This document shows, one piece after another, positions 58,053-64,000 of a stretch of DNA of 64,000 bases. The DNA is taken from positions 254,165 to 318,164 of IMG/VR virus record IMGVR_UViG_3300042465_005589. One strand, 5' to 3'. Below the pieces are notes generated by a model, which had not been told where the DNA came from, did no database searches, and saw only the letters and a list, made by a program, of their open reading frames with translations. Made by a program: the position numbers and the translations under genes. Every line of letters begins with the position of its first letter. Within the stretch, counting starts at the first letter, position 1.

Positions 58053-61000
58053 TTATTTATTTATTTTATTTTGTAATATTTCAATACCATTCCAATTTTT
58101 AATAGCATCTTTATCTTTTCTTGTTCCTATGATAAGAACGTTGTATTCTAAATCCTCGTTAGCAAATATAGTTACTTTTGTTAAATCTTCATCTACTTTT
58201 CCATAAGCAATTCCAAAACCTTCTTTGGGCGTTACCCAAATTTGAGTGTTTTCATTTAGGAATTTGAAATAATCTGGCAATTCAATTTCAGCAACACCAT
58301 CTACTACTTTAACAACATATCTATAAATATTATCTCCAGCAGTAGGCGATTCAACAAACGAGTGTTGTAAGTAATGAGTTTTGTTTTTTATAGGTTCTGG
58401 GTGCTTAATTCTAAACGTACCACTTGTTTTTGATAATGCTTCAACAAATGTTGTGTTATTCGCAGATGCAGAAAGGTTACTACCAATGATATGTGAGTTA
58501 TAAAAACCAGTTATATTATTATTTGTACCACCTATAATAGAATTATACTTGGCTTTATAACCACTTGAAGAACAAATTGCATTACTCTTACCACCACCAA
58601 TAAAATTAGAACAAGTATATTCAGAATTATATGCAAATATTTGGTTGGATATTCCGCCAGTTATTGTATTATTTTGAGATTCCGTAGCGTAACTTATATT
58701 GTTTATAGCGTTATTATAACCTCCCAAAATAGAGTTACCACAAGTATAAGAAGAATTAGCACTATTTCCACAAATTGAGTTACTCTGACCTCCCCCAATA
58801 ATACTTTTGATATTATGAATCATTCTATTTGTATAACCACCACTAATGGTATTCCAAGTTCCGTAATTTGTATAATTACTTCTACCACCGCCAATTATTG
58901 AATAGTCAGAACAATTAACGTTATATTGACCACCACCAATTGTTGAAAGACCACCAGATGCAGTATTACCACAACCACCACCAATATTTGAAAGAGTACC
59001 AAAAGCAATATTGCCTTGACCTCCACTAATAGTTGATTTACTACCAGAAGCAGTATTAGATTGACCACCACCAACAGTTGAATCACTATTAGAAGCAGTA
59101 TTATTTCTACCACCACTTATTGTTGAAACTAAACCAGAAGCTACATTATATTGACCACCACCAACTGTTGATGAATTGCCAGAAGCGGTATTAGGAGCTG
59201 AATAATAAGCAGAATTATAAAAATTTAATCCGCCACCACTTACTGTTGAACCAATACCAGAAGCAACATTTGATTGACCACCACCAACTGTTGAACGACC
59301 ACCAGAAGCACTATTTTGATAACCACCTCCTATTGTTGCATATGAACTTGAAGCAGTATTATTAAAACCTCCACCAACTGTTGAACGATAACCAGAAGCA
59401 GTATTTAATCTACCCCCACTAACTGTAGAATAACCATTGGAAGCAATATTACCACAACCACCTCCAACTGTTGAATAATTACTTGAAGCAGTATTATTTC
59501 TACCACCACCAATTGTTGCGTATTGATTTGAAGCAATATTACCACAACCACCTCCAATTGTGGCATAATTAGAAGCAGTATTTTGATAACCACCAGAAAC
59601 TGTTGAAAAACTACCATAAGAAGTGTTACATCGACCACCACCAATTGTTGAACAAGGACCTGAGGCGGTATTACATAAACCACCAGCAATTACCCCTAAA
59701 GTTCCGTTAACAGAATTACTATCTCCACCACCAATAAAACCTTTTACACAAATAATACTATTTGAAATACCTCCACCAATTGTGGAGTATGATGCTTTAC
59801 TACAATTTAATTTACCACCACCAATCGTTCCAAAAGTTGATGCTGTTGAACGGTTCTGTTTTCCACCACTTATGGTTGAACCTCCCGAATCATTTTGAAC
59901 AAAATTATCGGAACCACCACCAATGAAAGATATCTCACCTTCCGAGCAGTTTCTATAACCTCCACCTATTGTTGATAATCTTCCTGCGTTAAGACAAGTA
60001 ATAGCGCCTGTCAAATTTCCCGTTGTTACATTAAATGTTCCACCTGATGAATTATGTCCAATACCACCACCAATCGTTACACCTAAAGAGCAACATTCGT
60101 TTGTAGGCGATTGAATTATATTTCTTTGACCACCAGAGATTATAGAGTGTCTTGAATTTGTAATATTACAAAAACCTCCACCAACTGTTGAATATGCCCC
60201 TGATGTAGTATTTTGAAAACCACCACCAATTGTTGAATATTGACAACAAGCTGTGTTAGATTTGCCACCACCAATAAATGAGAAAACACCACTAACTGTG
60301 TTACATCGACCACCACCAATTGTTGAACTATTGCCAGTAGCAATATTAACACTACCACCCCCTACTGTTGATTGATAACTACAAGCAGTATTGTTTTGTC
60401 CACCACCAATTGTTGAACTACTACCCCAAACAGTGTTAGATTTACCACCTCCAATTGTTGCAAAACCAATAGAAGGATTTGCAACATTACAATAACCACC
60501 TCCAATTGTATTACCACCAGACGCACCATAAACTACCAAAGAGTTTGTATAAATAAGGTTACAATTACCACCAGCAATAACATCCCCAATTTTTGGGTAA
60601 GCATTATTATAATTTTGTGATGGAAATATTCTATTATATTTACCACCACCAATAAATGAAAAATAACCAGACGCCAAATTACTACAACCACCACCTATTG
60701 TTGAATAATTACAAGAAGCAGTATTAATAAAACCACCACCAACTGTTGAAGCAATATTTGAAGCAATATTATCATAACCACCGCCAATTGTTGAATAAGT
60801 ATTAGAAGCAGTATTAGCTTGACCACCACCAATTGTTGAACGAGTACCAGAAGCGATATTAGTAACACCACCACCAATAAAAGAATAAGCACCTGTTGCA
60901 CAGTTTCTAAATCCTCCACCAATTGTTGATAATCTACCAGCATTACAACAAGCAATCGTTCCGGTTAAAGTTCCTGTAGTCGCATTAAATGTTCCACCTG

Positions 61001-63998
61001 ATGTATTGTGACCAATACCACCACCGATTGTTACACCTAACGAACAACATTCGTTTGTTGGTGATTGAATTATATTTCTATGTCCACCACCAATAAATGA
61101 CATTCTAGCGTTTGTTCTATTACAATATCCACCAGATATTGTTGAGGTATTTCCAGAAGTATTATTTCTAAATCCTCCACCAATAAACCCACAACGAGCA
61201 TTGTTTACATTACAAGAACCACCAACAACTGTTGAATCATAACAAGAAGAGGTGTTAAAACGACCCCCGCTAACAGTTGAAAAACATCCTGATGCTGTAT
61301 TGCAACAACCTCCACCAACTGTTGCTCGTCCATTAGAAGCAGTATTATATAAACCACCCCCTACTGTTGAAGAGTAACAAGAAGAAACATTACATTGTCC
61401 TCCACCAACGGTTGCACGACTACAAGAAGCGGTATTCCATACTCCTCCTCCAATTGTTGAATAAGCCCCTCCAGAACAATTTAATGACCCACCACCAATT
61501 GTTGCCCCTGTTATAGAAGCATAATTACAATATCCACCAGCAATTGTTGAATAGTTAGCCGTTGCACGGTTTCTAAATCCACCACCTATGGTTGATAATC
61601 TACCACCTTCAAAACAAGTAATTGTACCTGATAAAATACCTGTTGATGTTGTAAATGTCCCTCCGGATGTGTTATGTCCAATACCTCCACCAATAGTTGC
61701 ACCTAAAGAACAACATTCGTTTGGTGTTGATAGAAGTATATTTCTTTGACCACCACCAATTGTTGAGAATCTAGAATTTAAAATATTACGACATCCTCCA
61801 TTAATTATTGAATAATTACCACGAGATGAGTTAAAGCTACCACCACCAATAAATGTATAATCACCTATGGCACAGTTTCTAAAACCACCGACAATAGTTG
61901 ATAATTTACCTGCATCACAACAAGCAATCGTTCCGGTTAAAGTTCCTGTAGTCGCATTAAATGTTCCACCTGATGTATTGTGACCAATACCTCCACCGAT
62001 TGTTACCCCTAAAGAACAACATTCATTTGTTGGTGATTGGATTACATTTCTTTGACCTCCACCAATAAATGAGAATCTAGCATTTGTCGTATTTCCACTA
62101 CCTCCTAAAGATGCGGAATAATTTCCTGATGCAGTATTTCCCACACCACATCTAATTGATGAGTTAGAACAAGTTCCTGTTATAATAACCGCAGATGAAC
62201 CAACATTTATACCTGAAGTTCCACTTGTACCTCCGGTACCATTCGTTCCCGAAGTTCCTGATGTTGCACTTGTACCTGATGTACCGCTAGTTCCCGTTGT
62301 TCCTGAAGTTCCACTTGTACCTCCGGTACCATTCGTTCCCGAAGTTCCTGATGTTGCACTTGTACCTGATGTACCGCTAGTTCCCGTTGTTCCGGAAGTT
62401 CCACTTGTACCTCCGGTACCATTCGTTCCTGATGTTCCTGAAGTTCCACTTGTACCTGAAGTACCGCTAGTCCCTGTTGTTCCGGAAGTTCCTGATGTTG
62501 CACTTGTACCTGATGTACCGCTAGTTCCCGTTGTTCCTGAAGTTCCACTTGTACCTCCGGTACCATTCGTTCCTGATGTTCCTGAAGTTCCACTTGTACC
62601 TGAAGTACCGCTAGTCCCTGTTGTTCCGGAAGTTCCTGATGTTGCACTTGTACCTGATGTACCGCTAGTTCCCGTTGTTCCGGAAGTTCCACTTGTACCT
62701 CCGGTACCATTCGTTCCCGAAGTTCCTGATGTTGCACTTGTACCTGAAGTTCCTGAAGTACCGCTTGTCCCTGAAGTTCCTGAAGTACCATCTGTACCGC
62801 TAGTTCCCGAAGTACCATCTGTACCGCTAGTTCCTGATGAACCACTTGTACCTGAGGTACCTGTAGTACCACTTGTTCCACTTGCTCCGTTAACACCTGA
62901 AGAACCGCTAGTTCCTGATGTTCCACTTGTACCTCCGGTACCATTCGTTCCCGAAGTTCCCGTTGTTCCTGAAGTTCCACTTGTACCTCCGGTACCATTC
63001 GTTCCCGAAGTTCCTGATGTTGCACTTGTACCTGAAGTACCGCTAGTTCCTGTTGTTCCTGATGTTCCTGATGTTCCTGATGTTCCTGAAGAACCACTTG
63101 AACCTGAAGTTCCACTAGTCCCTGACGAACCGCTTGAACCTGAACTTCCACTAGTACCTGATGAACCACTTGAGCCAGATGTACCTGAAGTTCCACTAGT
63201 CCCTGACGAACCTGATGTACCCGAAGTCCCACTAGTCCCTGAGATAAATGGTGATAATGATGTTGTTACTTGAGAAACTGTAGCATCCTCAAAATAACAA
63301 GTCATTGTTTTCGATGCTAAATCACGAGCATAAAATTTAACAACAATTCTATCTGTTACAGACACATTTGTTGCTGGTACTGGTACTGAAAATAAATAAA
63401 GTTCAATTACAGTACCTTCAGTTATTGAATGTGGTACTACACTATTTGAGGCAATTAATGTTTCAGTACCACCTGTAGTTCTAACATAAATCTCAGCATA
63501 TATTTTCGGTGTACCTCCATTTGAACTCATACTCACATATTGCTCAAAATTCCAATTACCCGCAGGTATTGTTGTTACACTTGGGTCATTAGATATTGTC
63601 GCAAATGAACCAATAAATTGGTTCCCTCCACCTGTCGCGGTTAAGGTTGTTCCAGCACCAATATAGATATCTCTATCCATCACATAATATGTTGGAATTG
63701 TAGATGCCGACGATGGGTTAAAATAATATACTAATCCCGTTGAAAATCCATCTTGCCCTGACGTTCCTGACGAACCACTTGTTCCACTAGAACCTGATGT
63801 ACCACTTGAGCCAGATGTTCCCGAAGAACCACTTGAACCTGACGTACCCGAACTACCGCTTGAGCCAGATGTACCTGACGAACCACTTGTTCCACTAGAA
63901 CCTGATGTACCACTTGAGCCAGATGTTCCCGAAGAACCACTTGAACCTGACGTACCCGAACTACCGCTTGAGCCAGATGTACCTGACGAACCACTTGA
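58053..63998 (-). CDS. Giant fibre protein, 5'-truncated by the window (>1980 aa)
   Basis: Frame stays open upstream of the 63683 call to the window edge. Contains two (Gly-Thr/Ser-Ser)n blocks, a globular domain, dozens of N-x-AS-G-x-x-ST-(I/V)-GGG repeats and a C-terminal FRIKHP...QHSFVESP domain. Confidence 0.8.
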   Translation of the reverse strand, partial: SSGSSGTSGSSGSSGTSGSSGSSGTSGSSGTSGSSGTSGSSGTSGSSGSSGTSGSSGSSGTSGSSGTSGSSGTSGSSGTSGQDGFSTGLVYYFNPSSASTIPTYYVMDRDIYIGAGTTLTATGGGNQFIGSFATISNDPSVTTIPAGNWNFEQYVSMSSNGGTPKIYAEIYVRTTGGTETLIASNSVVPHSITEGTVIELYLFSVPVPATNVSVTDRIVVKFYARDLASKTMTCYFEDATVSQVTTSLSPFISGTSGTSGTSGSSGTSGTSGTSGSSGSSGTSGSSGSSGSSGTSGTSGSSGSSGTSGTSGTSGTTGTSGTSGTSATSGTSGTNGTGGTSGTSGTTGTSGTNGTGGTSGTSGTSGSSGVNGASGTSGTTGTSGTSGSSGTSGTDGTSGTSGTDGTSGTSGTSGTSGTSGTSATSGTSGTNGTGGTSGTSGTTGTSGTSGTSATSGTSGTTGTSGTSGTSGTSGTSGTNGTGGTSGTSGTTGTSGTSGTSATSGTSGTTGTSGTSGTSGTSGTSGTNGTGGTSGTSGTTGTSGTSGTSATSGTSGTNGTGGTSGTSGTTGTSGTSGTSATSGTSGTNGTGGTSGTSGINVGSSAVIITGTCSNSSIRCGVGNTASGNYSASLGGSGNTTNARFSFIGGGQRNVIQSPTNECCSLGVTIGGGIGHNTSGGTFNATTGTLTGTIACCDAGKLSTIVGGFRNCAIGDYTFIGGGSFNSSRGNYSIINGGCRNILNSRFSTIGGGQRNILLSTPNECCSLGATIGGGIGHNTSGGTFTTSTGILSGTITCFEGGRLSTIGGGFRNRATANYSTIAGGYCNYASITGATIGGGSLNCSGGAYSTIGGGVWNTASCSRATVGGGQCNVSSCYSSTVGGGLYNTASNGRATVGGGCCNTASGCFSTVSGGRFNTSSCYDSTVVGGSCNVNNARCGFIGGGFRNNTSGNTSTISGGYCNRTNARMSFIGGGHRNIIQSPTNECCSLGVTIGGGIGHNTSGGTFNATTGTLTGTIACCNAGRLSTIGGGFRNCATGAYSFIGGGVTNIASGTRSTIGGGQANTASNTYSTIGGGYDNIASNIASTVGGGFINTASCNYSTIGGGCSNLASGYFSFIGGGKYNRIFPSQNYNNAYPKIGDVIAGGNCNLIYTNSLVVYGASGGNTIGGGYCNVANPSIGFATIGGGKSNTVWGSSSTIGGGQNNTACSYQSTVGGGSVNIATGNSSTIGGGRCNTVSGVFSFIGGGKSNTACCQYSTIGGGFQNTTSGAYSTVGGGFCNITNSRHSIISGGQRNIIQSPTNECCSLGVTIGGGIGHNSSGGTFNVTTGNLTGAITCLNAGRLSTIGGGYRNCSEGEISFIGGGSDNFVQNDSGGSTISGGKQNRSTASTFGTIGGGKLNCSKASYSTIGGGISNSIICVKGFIGGGDSNSVNGTLGVIAGGLCNTASGPCSTIGGGRCNTSYGSFSTVSGGYQNTASNYATIGGGCGNIASNQYATIGGGRNNTASSNYSTVGGGCGNIASNGYSTVSGGRLNTASGYRSTVGGGFNNTASSSYATIGGGYQNSASGGRSTVGGGQSNVASGIGSTVSGGGLNFYNSAYYSAPNTASGNSSTVGGGQYNVASGLVSTISGGRNNTASNSDSTVGGGQSNTASGSKSTISGGQGNIAFGTLSNIGGGCGNTASGGLSTIGGGQYNVNCSDYSIIGGGRSNYTNYGTWNTISGGYTNRMIHNIKSIIGGGQSNSICGNSANSSYTCGNSILGGYNNAINNISYATESQNNTITGGISNQIFAYNSEYTCSNFIGGGKSNAICSSSGYKAKYNSIIGGTNNNITGFYNSHIIGSNLSASANNTTFVEALSKTSGTFRIKHPEPIKNKTHYLQHSFVESPTAGDNIYRYVVKVVDGVAEIELPDYFKFLNENTQIWVTPKEGFGIAYGKVDEDLTKVTIFANEDLEYNVLIIGTRKDKDAIKNWNGIEILQNKINK
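59943..62078 (-). repeat. Four dispersed 210-bp (70-aa) Cys-rich cassettes
   Basis: Copies at about 59943-60152, 60897-61106, 61563-61772, 61869-62078, each encoding [21 protein letters not shown]...LSTI-GG. Confidence 0.85.
62211..63240 (-). repeat. Gly-X-Y (GTS) coding repeat with 90-bp and 144-bp tandem duplications
   Basis: 62221-62310 vs 62311-62400 and 62401-62544 vs 62545-62688 each differ by about one base on visual comparison. Confidence 0.85.
63766..63997 (-). repeat. 108-bp tandem duplication in the second GSS/GTS block
   Basis: Unit starts at 63766, 63874 and 63982 (partial); the first two appear identical. Confidence 0.85.
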
Positions 63999-64000
63999 AC

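Noticed and set aside
62207-63232. 341-aa alternative-frame ORF (and 63731-63994, 58895-60955 short ORFs)
   Set aside because: Shadow frames created by codon periodicity of the GTS/GGG repeats; no independent start signals.
62211-63997. CRISPR array or DGR template/variable repeats
   Set aside because: Repeats are in-frame coding duplications without spacers or adenine-specific mismatches; no cas or reverse transcriptase in the window.
1-64000. Stop-codon reassignment as in some large phages
   Set aside because: Conserved genes translate full length in the standard code with high coding density.
1-64000. tRNA, rRNA or riboswitch genes
   Set aside because: No intergenic segment with cloverleaf or GTTCGA/T-arm signatures; gaps are short and AT-rich.

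Overview
AT-rich (roughly 30% GC by eye), gene-dense 64 kb segment of a large T4-like contractile-tailed phage, standard genetic code, no tRNA, CRISPR or intein seen. It holds: (i) replication/nucleotide genes (nrdA, nrdB, DnaB-like helicase, 5'-3' exonuclease, RecA, SSB, SNF2 helicase, family B polymerase) interleaved with (ii) baseplate, hub, tape measure, tail chaperone, tube, sheath and neck genes, (iii) two free-standing homing endonucleases, and (iv) a ~22 kb right-hand island of glycosyltransferases, FkbM methyltransferases, a sulfotransferase and a compact PAPS-supply module, interleaved with virion-type proteins carrying Thr/Ser-rich low-complexity tracts (poly-Thr, Pro-Thr, Gly-Thr-Ser, STxGGG repeats). 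The leading hypothesis is a phage-encoded virion protein O-glycosylation, methylation and sulfation system, including a GT60-type polypeptide GlcNAc transferase, an Aah/TibC-like domain and a possible minimal ATP sulfurylase. Other signals: a probable +1 frameshift in the tail chaperone gene, a strand-specific TATTTATA promoter motif, an orphan sigma70 promoter with phased CTAGT repeats, two unannotated ribbon-helix-helix-like ORFs, and a fossil duplicated gene start marking an endonuclease insertion. Host is inferred, not shown, to be Bacteroidota. All family assignments come from motif recognition, not database searches.
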